DNA from: Amoeboradix gromovi X-113
Lineage: Eukaryota; Fungi; Sanchytriomycota
Reading direction: 5' to 3'
Length of the DNA: 23,514 nucleotides
Assembly: GCA_018985225.1 (NCBI GenBank)
Contig: JADGIF010000070.1
Location: 1 to 23,514, forward strand
Made by a program: the position numbers and the translations under genes. The notes beneath the pieces are model-generated. The model saw only the letters and a program-made list of their open reading frames with translations. It did not search any database and had not been told where the DNA came from. Shown one piece after another: positions 1 to 10,000 of the stretch (the first letter of the stretch is position 1; each line of letters begins with the position of its first letter).

Positions 1-149
1 TGTACAGAATATTTATTTTCCTTTTACACTCGTCAACTCCGCAACTAGCTGAATGTCCACTCGCCTCTTAAATAATGTTCCAAGTTGTTACAGAAAGTTA
101 CTCCAGTTTTTATATTTGATGTCCCAGGTGGTTATAAACAGAATTACAG

Positions 150-416
150 AATGATGCAATGAGATTGTCTTGACTTATCAAGTGCTGCATAGTGTTTGGT
201 TGCAAGCATCACACGTAGCGATCTGAAGAAAGTAAAGTGGGAGAAATAGAAGAGATAGCGAGCATATGTGGCGTAGAACTTGTACTTATTTGCAACCTTA
301 TTTAGCGAGAATCAGGAAACTAGACGCGTAAAAATTCAATTTAGCGGAATCGCAGACTTTATCTGGTTTCCCGTCCAAATTCTCGATTTTTTGTAGGTCA
401 GACTTTTAACGAGGAG
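150..416 (+). mobile_element. Highly decayed Fanzor/TnpB-like 3' remnant with conserved element end (putative omega-RNA scaffold)
   Basis: 378-416 AATTCTCGATTTTTTGTAGGTCAGACTTTTAACGAGGAG matches the ends at 3432 and 9654. Upstream translation RDSEHM...YLQPY resembles DRDHM...YLHPY of those copies at the same distance from the end. The left boundary is uncertain. Confidence 0.65.
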
Positions 417-417
417 A

Positions 418-1959
418 ATGGATATTCTAATTGAGGGATGGAAATTACAGCTGCAACAAGAACTTGAGATAGAACAAAAAGAAGCATTAGAGAATACGAA
501 AGGAGTTACTGTTGAATTTGTTGGCAGCTCTACAGGTCTTGGTGGACGGTGCATAGTTCAAATCAAGACAGTAAACCCCCAGCAGTGTCTATTGGACTAC
601 AGAAATGGAGATACGGTGCAACTCGAGCAATTAGATAAGTCAGCAGTTGTATATAAATCATCCGAGAAGTACATTTATTTGGCGTTTGAGGATGAAATTG
701 ATTTTCAACATGACAAGCTGATCAAGCTACCAAACATCTCAATGTACAAACGGATTGATAGAGTGCTTGAGGCTCTTCCGAGTGCAACTAACAGCATGGT
801 ACAAGTGTGCTTTAACAACAAGCAACCACAATTCTCAAATAGGCATATTGACTACTTCGATTTGAAACTGAACCATCAGCAGAAGCTTGCCGTTAAACGA
901 TGTATTGAGTCACTAGACATACACTGCATACACGGCCCACCTGGTACAGGAAAGACTGCCACTCTTATTGAAGTTATTCGCCAATTTCACAAAATCAACA
1001 AGAGTATTTTAGTTTGTGGTCCTAGTAACATAAGTGTAGATAACATAGTGGAGCGGCTATCTTATCATAAAGTACCCTGTTTGAGAATGGGCCACCCGGC
1101 TAGAATGATTGACAGCGTTAAGGACAAGTCATTAGAATACATTGTGGATAATGGTACATTCGGAGGCGAGGTACTGAAGGACATTAAGCAGGAAATTGAC
1201 GGCCTTTTTAAACAGGTTCATAGTTGTAAGTCAGGTAAGGAAAAATATGAAATTTACAAGCAAACACGGCAATTAAAAAAAGAATTCAACCAGCGGGAAA
1301 GAAAAGTAGTTCATGAGACTTGTCAGCAGCATTCGATTCATTGCAGCACGCTTGGTAATAGTATGAGCAGAAATCTAAATAAAGATTATGATGTGGTAAT
1401 AATAGACGAAATTGCTCAAGCAACAGAGCCAGAAGCCTGGCTAGCATTGGCAAAGTGTAAAAAGGCAGTTATAGCAGGTGATCCTTTGCAGCTGCCTCCC
1501 GTTGTTAAGAGCAAATGTAACAAAATGGCCAGTTTAGAAACCAGCTTAATGGAAAGAATAATGTCAATAAATAACATTTGTACCATGCTTTTGGTACAAT
1601 ATCGTATGAACACTTTCATTAATGAGTTTTCATCTAAATTTATATACAAGAACAAACTCGTAGCCGATAAAAGTTGTGCAAACACAAGAATAACTGATTA
1701 TTCACAAATAACAAAGTCAGAAGAACTGCAGTATCCAGTCATATTCTACGATAACTTGCAATCTAGCTGGGAGTATGAAGATGAAAACAAAAGCAAATAT
1801 AATGAGGGGGAGATATCAAATATCGTTGAGTTGATAGACGAATTAACTGAGTTAAATATCCCCCAAGAATTTATAGGAATCATAGCTGCTTACAATGCGC
1901 AGGTAACTAGGTTGAAGGCAATATTACAAGAAACATATCCACTAGTAGAAATTGGAACT

Positions 1960-1992
<33 letters not shown>

Positions 1993-2193
1993 GTGGTTAT
2001 ATCTACTGTTAAATGCAACAATGAGCATAATATCGGATTCTTATCAGAGAAAAGAAGAATCAATGTTGCCGTTAGTCGCGCTAAGCATTTGCTGATTATA
2101 TTTGGCGACTCAGAAACATTAGAAAGGAATAAGTTTTTGCATAATCTGGTTGAATGGTCTAGCCAGTACGATATTAGATACTTCAAGGAATAA
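418..2193 (+). CDS. SF1 DNA2/NAM7-family helicase, IGHMBP2/SMUBP-2/Hcs1-like
   Basis: Motifs HGPPGTGKT, CGPSNISVDNIVERL, LRMGHPAR, DEIAQ, AGDPLQLPP, QYRMN, TVDGFQGREKE and RRINVAVSRAK. Confidence 0.93.
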
Positions 2194-2533
2194 ATTGCCA
2201 TCTTGTAGATTGAATATACCATTTACTGCAATCGCGTGAGTTTATCGCACCAATACAGTCTTTTCCCAGATATTGGAATAATAGTAGCATTTAAATCAAT
2301 GCGATGTTATGCTTGTTGAACAAATTTCCGTTTTCGTAACAAAACAAAGTTGCTTTTAACTGGGCAGTTCCTTTATCACGATTGAATAAATTACATTGTT
2401 CAAATAATCTTCGTTTCTGAGTTTTTGAAATTGAATAAAAGCATTACTCGTTTATTAAGATCAATCGAAATTCAATAATTTCAAGTACGCCTACGTTAAA
2501 TGTGAAGCTCTCAAATTACTTCGAGATCCCACA

Positions 2534-2760
2534 CTCCTTCAGTGTAGACAACTTGGGTAAGTGCCATTTAAGCATATTTTTCCCTACATTAATAAAACAA
2601 TACCTGGATTAATATCTCTATGATCTTCGTGACCACACGCATTACATTTGAACCATCTTCCTTGAATCTTCTTTTTGGATTGTGGCAACTCTAACGAAAT
2701 TGGATAGCTTTTCATTCTTCATCAACAGTTGCGTTCCAAGAAGAGGTCGCTAAAATCCTT
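2534..2760 (-). pseudogene. Decayed minus-strand TnpB/Fanzor-like C-terminal remnant (second subfamily)
   Basis: The reverse strand of 2608-2655 reads WFKCNACGHEDHRDIN (Zn-ribbon CxxC plus RuvC-III RDxN), with a stop at 2584-2586. It is frameshifted upstream. The minus strand then ends ...ACACTGAAGGAG at 2534. Confidence 0.6.
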
Positions 2761-2868
2761 TAAATGGTGTTATTCGTATCACTAAATGTTTTATAAATAC
2801 GGCAATAAAATTGAAGAGAACTATGATTTATTTAAGAAATTCACATTTGGGTTTACGGTGCTACTGAG

Positions 2869-3432
2869 CAGCTCGATTGTTTTCTTGAATAAATCATTTA
2901 TCGCGAATTTCTATGCATTTTTGTATGATTTCAAGACTTTTCCAGATTTTTCTAATAGCTCAAATACTTAATTCTTTTCGCAAATGGTAAATCAATTCTA
3001 AATAAATAATTAACAGGTACAGCATAAATTCGTCTCAGACTGATAAGCTGGTGCAAGCATGGAAATTCGATGTCTTTCAACGCCAGGAAGCGATTTCTGT
3101 ACAATTTATTCAAGGAACGCTTGAAGTTCAAGTGTAAACAAAGAGGAAAGACGATGGTTGAATGTAATGAAGCATTTACTAGTCAGACATGTACAAGGTG
3201 TGGTACTCTAAAGAAAGCCAATTTAGAAACCTGAACCTGTACCAATTGTCATTTGAAGATAGATAGAGACCATATGGTAGCAAGGAACATATACATCAAG
3301 TATCTGCATCCTTGTTCAATCCCGCCTCAGGGTAGTGAAAGCGTGAGCAATCACTGTAACGGAGATCTAGTATTGCTAGTTTCTCTGTGGAAATTCTCGA
3401 TTTTCTGTGAAATCAGGACTTTTAACGAGGAG
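2869..3432 (+). mobile_element. Non-autonomous Fanzor (Fanzor2-like) element remnant, copy A1
   Basis: From 3070 it reads ...LFKERLKFKCKQRGKTMVECNEAFTSQTCTRCG...ET*TCTNCHLKIDRDHMVARNIYIKYLHP, with a premature TGA at 3232-3234. It is homologous to 9056-9654 and similarity stops abruptly after GAGGAG at 3432. Confidence 0.88.
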
Positions 3433-3452
3433 CAGTTTCAATAAAATATTTT
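3300..3452 (+). ncRNA. Putative omega-RNA (scaffold to 3432 plus guide from flanking DNA)
   Basis: Conserved hairpin-forming 3' end that overlaps the Fanzor ORF end, the known position of TnpB/Fanzor guide RNAs. Expression cannot be shown from sequence. Confidence 0.55.
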
Positions 3453-3955
3453 GGTTGTTATGTAAGTATTGGACGAAAAGAAAGAGAGCATTGCACGAAA
3501 AGATGACCTTCCAAATAAAGATACAAAGTGTGCTTATACACAGACCTTCTGGAACTAATTTAATTACTTTAAAGTAGCCACTTCATCCACGCCATTCCAA
3601 AATAAGCTTCTGAGACGATAATCATATCTTCAATTAACTGAATTTCTGCCGAAATAGGGTGTAAGATCTAGATGCCTGGCATGAAACGATAGAGGAGCTA
3701 TTTTGTCTAATCCTTAGGCGTTGAAGTTGAGGTACTTCTTTAAAAATAAGTCAGTATCATTTTTTACAGTGAGTCTCCCATAAGTAAATAAACATGCTGT
3801 ATGCAAAGGTCTTAGCCCAAAAATTTCTCCCTTTTTTTAATATTGAAAACTCTAAATGTCGTAGAAAACTATTTGACTAGGGTTCCTTTCAGAGCTTCGA
3901 AATGTGGTTTACTTCAATATTCTGCGAAAATTATTTAGGTCAACTTTTGATTAGT

Positions 3956-5101
3956 ATGAAAGTCCAACTGGATTTTACTCCAGAGAGATGCACTTTTTAT
4001 AGAAATGGTGACATTCATTATAATGGGTTGCAAGTGATAATTACACATAGGAATTTCAAGAATTGGGAACAGCTACTGACCTACTTATCACAACATGTCC
4101 ATTTAAATGGTGGTGCTATAAGAAAAGTGTTTGATATGAAGGGTAACTTGATTGAAGAAATCAAAGATTTTGAGAACAACCAGTCCTACGTATGCTCTGG
4201 AGGTGACACATTTATGGATATGGAATATGCTAAGCAACATTCAATCGCACTTGTTCAAAAATCAACAATCCAAAAAGAGGCCAAAACTGAAAGTTTCTTT
4301 TCCCAAGACTCAAAAGGTATGAATATTTATGCACAGTTAAATGGAAGAATTGATCTCCCTAAAAAAGTGATTCTTAACTATCGAAACTGCAAAAGTCTCG
4401 AACAGCTTCAGGTTTTGTTGACTCTTTCGTTAGATGCGCATGAGCCAATAACCTTTTTAATGGATTACTTGAACAGAGCCAAAATTACAGACATGTCTCA
4501 ATTAAAAGAAAACTCGTTTATTATTGCTTGCACTAGGCAGTACACTGAAATGGAATATAAATTTCCGGTACAGAGCCATGTCGCCGATATTCCTTCTCCA
4601 AAAATCATAACTGTGTTCGTTAACGGTGATCCATTTGATGTTGGGATTAGAATAACAGTGACCTATCACAAGTTTAAGAATGTAGAAAGACTTTTGGAGA
4701 TAATTGCCCACCAACTTCGAGATCGATTGTCATGTGTGAATGTTTTGTACGGATTTTTGCCCGATATTCTAAGTTCTGATAAAGCTAACCTTACCAAAGG
4801 CGTAGCATTCTCGCCAAAGCATGTATTTAAAGTAAAGGAAATGTCTGAACTAGTTGATAATCAATACTACGTTGCGGGGTCACTCGATACGCCATTTAGA
4901 AACATAAAATACAACATCGATTCAATTGAATCTGGACTTAAGAGTAAGTTGCTCGAGAAGCAAAAGAATTATTATACGACCCAAATCAGCAAACCTGACA
5001 CCAATGTTCCAATAAGTCCCCAGTTTGAGGTGATTCCGGATATTTTGGTTAGAAAAAATGAAGAGAATGAAGAGTCAAATGGCGTTATTAATATTCAATA
5101 A
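3956..5101 (+). CDS. Doublecortin (DCX) repeat microtubule-binding protein, about 3 DCX-like domains
   Basis: FYRNGD...FKNWEQLLTYLS...GAIRKVFDMKG...YVCSG. Similar units at AQLNG...CKSLEQL and VFVNGD...FKNVERLL...YYVAG. Start at 3956 preferred, with an alternative ATG at 3902. Confidence 0.8.
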   Translation: MKVQLDFTPERCTFYRNGDIHYNGLQVIITHRNFKNWEQLLTYLSQHVHLNGGAIRKVFDMKGNLIEEIKDFENNQSYVCSGGDTFMDMEYAKQHSIALVQKSTIQKEAKTESFFSQDSKGMNIYAQLNGRIDLPKKVILNYRNCKSLEQLQVLLTLSLDAHEPITFLMDYLNRAKITDMSQLKENSFIIACTRQYTEMEYKFPVQSHVADIPSPKIITVFVNGDPFDVGIRITVTYHKFKNVERLLEIIAHQLRDRLSCVNVLYGFLPDILSSDKANLTKGVAFSPKHVFKVKEMSELVDNQYYVAGSLDTPFRNIKYNIDSIESGLKSKLLEKQKNYYTTQISKPDTNVPISPQFEVIPDILVRKNEENEESNGVINIQ

Positions 5102-5239
5102 ATTTGTATTGCGACTTTTGGTGACCAAAGTTTCCAAACACAACTTGACAAGGAGATTTGAGTGCCAATCATTTTTTGTATCATTCTCCTTTGTATATCC
5201 ATTTTTTGGATAAAGTCACAACATAACCCCCACCTCTCA

Positions 5240-6835
5240 ATGTTCACTTTTCTTCTGTTAATTTCAGCCCAACATTACACCTATCCGAATGAAGAGCGCA
5301 GAGTTGCAAGAGGCCATGTCCATAAGCATCATAAGCACAGAGTACATTCTCCGCGAAGTGAGCCTCACTATGGATCTACACCAGAGGTTAAACCAGTTCA
5401 GCGTGGTTATAGTTATCGACCTGCGCCTGTAATCAGGCCGATACATCGTGGTTACCATTATCGTCCACCGCCAGTGGTTGAGCCAGAGACTGAACCAGAG
5501 ACTGAGCCAGAGACTGAACCAGAAACACAACCAGAGACGAATGTTCCAGAACCTTCTACAGCTGTACCAGAACCACCTGTTCCAGAGCCAGAGAAACCTG
5601 TACCAGAACCGGAAATCCCAGTTACAAAGCCAGAAACTGAACCAGAAAAGGAACCAATAGAGAAACCGACTGAGGAACCTTGCGAGGAACCGGAAACGGA
5701 ACCAGAGACACAACCAGAAACGGAACCAGAGACACAACCAGAAACGGAACCAGAATCACAACCAGAGAGAGCTCCAACTAAAGGCTATACATATAAAGCA
5801 CCCGTTTACGAGCCTGAGACTGAGCCCGAATCTGAGGTAGAACCTGAGCCAGAGACTAGAAACTATCACTATAGACGTCCTTCTTACGAGCCTAGTTATC
5901 CTTCTGTGCCAGAAAGCCAGCCTGAATACGAGCCTGGCTATCCTTCAAGAAGCCCATCTTATGAGCCATCATATCCGGGAAATTATCCAGAGTACCAACC
6001 ATCGTACCCATCAGCACCAGAGTACCAACCATCGTACCCATCAGCACCAGAGTACCAACCATCAGCACCAGAGTATCAACCATCAGCACCAGAGTATCAA
6101 CCATCAGCACCAGAGTACCAACCATCAGCACCAGAGTACCAACCATCAGCACCAGAGCATGAACCAGAGTACCCATCAAGAAGTCCTGCTAACGAGCCTT
6201 TGTCAGAACCAGAACATAGTTTTCCAGAACACGAACCAGAAATTGCAACCCCAGAGCATTTGCCTGAAGTTGAACCAGTTCCGGCTAAATGTAGAAAGGT
6301 TGTACGCAGAAAATGTAAACGCAAGCCAAGTCCAATCTCAGAACCTGAAGCTGAGTTTCCACTAGAAACGTCTGCAAACTATCCTTTATTTGAGGAAGAA
6401 CCTGAACCTGAAATTGCTGACGTCCATCATGTTGGTGAAAGCTCTTCGGAACCATCTTCACCAGGATTCTATCCGGAGCAGCCTGTCCAAGAGTACTCGC
6501 CACCTAGATCATCAGCCCCAGAATATTCATCTCCAGAGTATTCGGCACCAAACTATTCGGCACCAGATTATTCATCTCCAGAGAGATCCCCTGAATATCA
6601 TCCTAATTCTCATGGACCAGTGTACGAAGTGGGTAGTCCGGAATACGATTACAAGCATACGCCATTGACCGGGTATAAATACAAGCCAATTGAACAGCCT
6701 GAACCTGAATATGAACCTGATACTGCAACATACGAAGGTCCTTCTGACGACGTGGCACCTATAGTTCAACCAGTCAAAGGATATTCTTATAAGCCTGTCC
6801 CTGCACCTTGTGAAGGAGAATCATGCGATCTTTAA
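5240..6835 (+). CDS. Secreted Pro/Glu/Tyr-rich repetitive (extensin-like) wall or surface protein
   Basis: The first ATG at 5240 gives a short hydrophobic leader [21 protein letters not shown] and SPEYS repeats and recurrent GYxY(K/R) motifs follow. Confidence 0.75.
   Translation: MFTFLLLISAQHYTYPNEERRVARGHVHKHHKHRVHSPRSEPHYGSTPEVKPVQRGYSYRPAPVIRPIHRGYHYRPPPVVEPETEPETEPETEPETQPETNVPEPSTAVPEPPVPEPEKPVPEPEIPVTKPETEPEKEPIEKPTEEPCEEPETEPETQPETEPETQPETEPESQPERAPTKGYTYKAPVYEPETEPESEVEPEPETRNYHYRRPSYEPSYPSVPESQPEYEPGYPSRSPSYEPSYPGNYPEYQPSYPSAPEYQPSYPSAPEYQPSAPEYQPSAPEYQPSAPEYQPSAPEYQPSAPEHEPEYPSRSPANEPLSEPEHSFPEHEPEIATPEHLPEVEPVPAKCRKVVRRKCKRKPSPISEPEAEFPLETSANYPLFEEEPEPEIADVHHVGESSSEPSSPGFYPEQPVQEYSPPRSSAPEYSSPEYSAPNYSAPDYSSPERSPEYHPNSHGPVYEVGSPEYDYKHTPLTGYKYKPIEQPEPEYEPDTATYEGPSDDVAPIVQPVKGYSYKPVPAPCEGESCDL
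5987..6157 (+). repeat. Coding minisatellite: 2 x 30 bp plus 5 x 21 bp (CCAGAGTAYCAACCATCAGCA)
   Basis: Direct tandem repeats encoding [10 protein letters not shown] x2 and PEYQPSA x5. Confidence 0.95.
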
Positions 6836-6879
6836 ATAGAAGTTAATAAAGTAAATTTCAAGCTTAAACAGTTTATTTT

Positions 6880-7958
6880 CTAATCGTTTTTTTCAGCTGC
6901 TTCATTCGCATCGGAGCTCCGCTGCATTTCGGTAAGTAAATCATATTTATTGTCACTTTGGTAAAATAAAAGTATAAAAAATATTAGGTTTGGTAAACCA
7001 TCAGAGACTATCCATTTGTAAGGCCAAGTGACAGCATAAAAGTCTCTGTTTTGCTTATTGTATGTAAATATACACATCAGTGTTACAAGTAATACAATAA
7101 AAATACCTAAATTAATACCAAATTACTCATGATTCTTATTAAACTCTTCAAATGCTGTTTTGCATATGTTATAATATGATTAATAATTACGGAACTTGCA
7201 ATTGCCAAAGGTATTATTGCCCATAAAAAACTCTCAGAATCTGGTGATTTTAAGAGAAAATAAAAGTAGGTTGAGCTTGATAGGGCGAACATTAACAAAT
7301 AAAAGTGAAATCCTTTCAGAGTCTTTTTACATGTGGCATGAAAGGTGCTCAAGCATAGAGTATATTTGATGGATGATAAGAGAGCGAAAATATATAATAG
7401 CATTGGTGATATACTGCCCTTGGTTCCCCAATATATATAATACTCAAAGGCTGTTCTCATCTCAAGCATACTTATCCATACAAGTATCATTATATTGAGT
7501 TTGGTGCTGTTCTTTTTTGCTGAATTTTTAAAATAGTTAATGGTAAATACAACAGCAAGAATAAAATAAAGTAGTGACATGAGGTAGCAGTACTTATAGA
7601 GAGGGATGTAAGGTGCTGGTATATATAGATTTTGATTAACTAAGCTTATAATTGGCTCGTGTTTAGCTTCGTGAATCAAGCACTTGTACCCAGATTTCAA
7701 AACAGATACCTCTTGGTCACCAACTAAAGGTATGCTTGTCGTTTTGCCTCGAATGAATGACCCGATTTTATCATTTTTGCATAAGCCTCTTTTGGTTGCC
7801 TCCTTTGAGCATATCAAGTACCCACTTTCTCCTATTTTATCCAAATCTGAATAGTCAAAGAACATGCTATGCGTATTCTGGCTTTGGTCAACAAAACTGA
7901 ATTTAAATTCACCGGGGGCACTAATAGGAAAGCAGGATATAGGGAACTTGAAAGACAT
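6880..7958 (-). CDS. GOST/lung seven-TM receptor family membrane protein (PTM1/TMEM87-like), 2 exons, intron 7107-7126
   Basis: Luminal domain ICSKEATKRGLC...SGYKC, IPAPYIPLYKYCYLMSLLY, several TM segments and WPYKWIVSDGLPNLIFF. The 20-nt GT-AG intron joins ORFs 7107-7958 and 6880-7077 in frame. The 5' end is uncertain because no clear signal peptide is seen. Confidence 0.72.
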
Positions 7959-8096
7959 GTTTCAGGCATTATAAAGCTAAACCAAAGAGTAAATAAGTGA
8001 TGATTCGACTTTAGCGGTTTTTTAAAAGAGCATTTAGACTCAATTTTTCATTCTGTAAGCGATAAATATGCGAGTTGTAAATGATATTCTATAGCA

Positions 8097-8335
8097 CTCC
8101 TCACTAAAAGTCTTGGTTTCTTAGAGAATAAAAATCTTTTAAAGCAACTGAAAAAGTTAACCTTGTCACAGCGAAAGCGTAAGGAACGTATACTGTTCAT
8201 GCATTAGCTAAACGGTGCGAAATATTATGAGTAATATTAATTCTGTTATTTAAACCACTTCTTGGTGGAATTATCTCTTTTCCCTAGTCATTTCGCGTTC
8301 TTTCATATTTTAAACTAATGTGCCAAATAATTTTT
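8097..8335 (-). mobile_element. Dispersed repeat family B, copy 1 (element end related to the Fanzor end)
   Basis: Reverse complement of 19152-19383 over about 235 bp. The terminus CTCCTCACTAAAAGTC matches 14/16 with the reverse complement of the Fanzor end at 3417-3432. Confidence 0.8.
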
Positions 8336-9055
8336 AGTATGGTGCTTTTCATCTATTCCACTCTTAGATGTATAACTGACGAAAGAACTCAATGGAATCA
8401 ACAAGAGCTGATTGTAAATTTAAAATTAATAGCAACTCTTAATCTACTTGCTGGATGCATTAGCATAATGAATGACTCTTTTGAGAATCAACGCTCTTCT
8501 ACTCGCAATCTTCCCATTGTCATCTGTACTATGATTTCGAAGTATAGTGTTCTGAAGTAGTTATAACGCTCTCCTTCTAGACTTATAATTCAGTTTCTTA
8601 TTCGAAATATTCTAAGAATCTTTACTGTTCGGTTGATATCTCGCATCATCATAGTGATTCATTCTGCCATTAAAACTTTATAGAAACAACATGACCATTT
8701 TCTGAAAATGCACATTGTCAACCAGCAGCTCGTTATTGTAGATTGCACGCTTGTTGGGAAATACATTGGCTACTGGAATTGCCGAGAACAAGGCTAGAGG
8801 ATCTGTTTTACTTTCATTACTACCTTTTCAGAATCGAGTAGCATTGTTATAGCTTTTAAGTCATTGAAATGGTGTGACAAGATTTGATTATCTGCACTTT
8901 TGGTCGCTTTTTTATAGACTTATCATTTTTGCGATTATCTCATAGCTTCTATATTTCATGCAATAGTAAATAAATTGTTTTCAAAATATTTACTGAAAAT
9001 ACTGTACAGGTTTGCTCAAACTTACGGAAGCAAATCATGCTCGTTATCTTATGGA

Positions 9056-9654
9056 CAGCTAAATTGTTTTCTTGAATAAATCATTTACCGCGAATTTGTA
9101 TGCATTTTTATATAATTTCATGACTTTTCCAGCTTTTTCCAATACCTTATACACTATATTCTCCATCCTGACTAAAGGTAAATGGAATTAATGGATGTAA
9201 TCCTGAATATGTCAAATTCAAAGAAATAACTAATAGTACAGCATACATTCATCAACACTGAGGAACTGCTCCAAACTTGGAACAATTAGATGTCTTTCGA
9301 CGCCAGAAAAGAGATATCTGTAGAATTTATTCAAGGAACGCTTGAAGTTCAAATGTAAACAAAGAGGAAAGACGATAATCGAATATAACGAAGCATTTAC
9401 TAGTCAGACATGTACAAGGTGCCATACTCTCGAGAATACTAATTTGGAGAGCTGCACCTGTAAAAACTATCATATAAAAGTGGATAGAGACCATATGGCA
9501 GCAAGGAACATATACATCAAGTATCTGCATCCTTATTCAATCCCGCCTCAGAGTAGTGCAAGCGTGAGCAATCACCGTAACGGAGAATCTAGCATTGCTA
9601 GTTTCTCTGTGGAAATTCTCGATTTTCTCGGAAATTAGGACGTTTAACGAGGAG
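9056..9654 (+). mobile_element. Non-autonomous Fanzor (Fanzor2-like) element remnant, copy A2
   Basis: NLFKERLKFKCKQRGKTIIEYNEAFTSQTCTRCH...CKNYHIKVDRDHMAARNIYIKYLHPY, with an upstream in-frame TAG and the fourth Zn Cys changed to Tyr. It ends in GACGTTTAACGAGGAG at 9654. Confidence 0.88.
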
Positions 9655-10000
9655 CGGTGACGAATAGATTGGACCGCTCACAAAATCCTAGATTGTAATA
9701 AATGGTATCAAGTAGGTTTATTACTGTCTTATGAGATCTTTTATTGCAAATACTTTTCTATTAGATTTTATGTCAATTGTTTCAAATTCAATTATATTAA
9801 CCAAATAATCCTTGCTCAGAATTTACAGGTCAAAACGAATTCCCGAATTGCCAATAAGTAGATTAATCGAAAGTGTACTAAAATGTTAAATGCCCAATTT
9901 CTACAATAAAAAGGTAGAAATTTTTCGAGAATTTGAAAAACTTCTCATCTAATGTAGGTGAAATGATCATAATTTTTTGCTGCAATCTCCGCTAAACCCG

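Noticed and set aside
411-420. GAGGAG before ATG as a Shine-Dalgarno site
   Set aside because: The spacing is only 1 nt, the locus is eukaryotic with spliceosomal introns, and the motif is the terminus of a repeated element.
3070-3444. Functional Fanzor nuclease gene
   Set aside because: Only a C-terminal fragment is present and it has an internal TGA. The other copy has an upstream TAG and has lost a Zn-binding Cys.
5987-6157. CRISPR-like array
   Set aside because: The repeats are contiguous and in frame, lack unique spacers and lie inside a coding sequence.
5264-6769. Overlapping alternative-frame and antisense ORFs (W/F-rich, HQ-rich, VLMV repeats)
   Set aside because: They are shadow ORFs created by the repetitive Pro/Glu codons.
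8318-8560. 80-aa ORF as a transposase
   Set aside because: It has no recognisable motif, and only the first few codons are shared with the other family B copy.
9977-10000. TTG/GTG starts in the ORF track (5162, 9977, 15397, 20384)
   Set aside because: In a eukaryotic context the downstream ATGs give appropriate N-termini.
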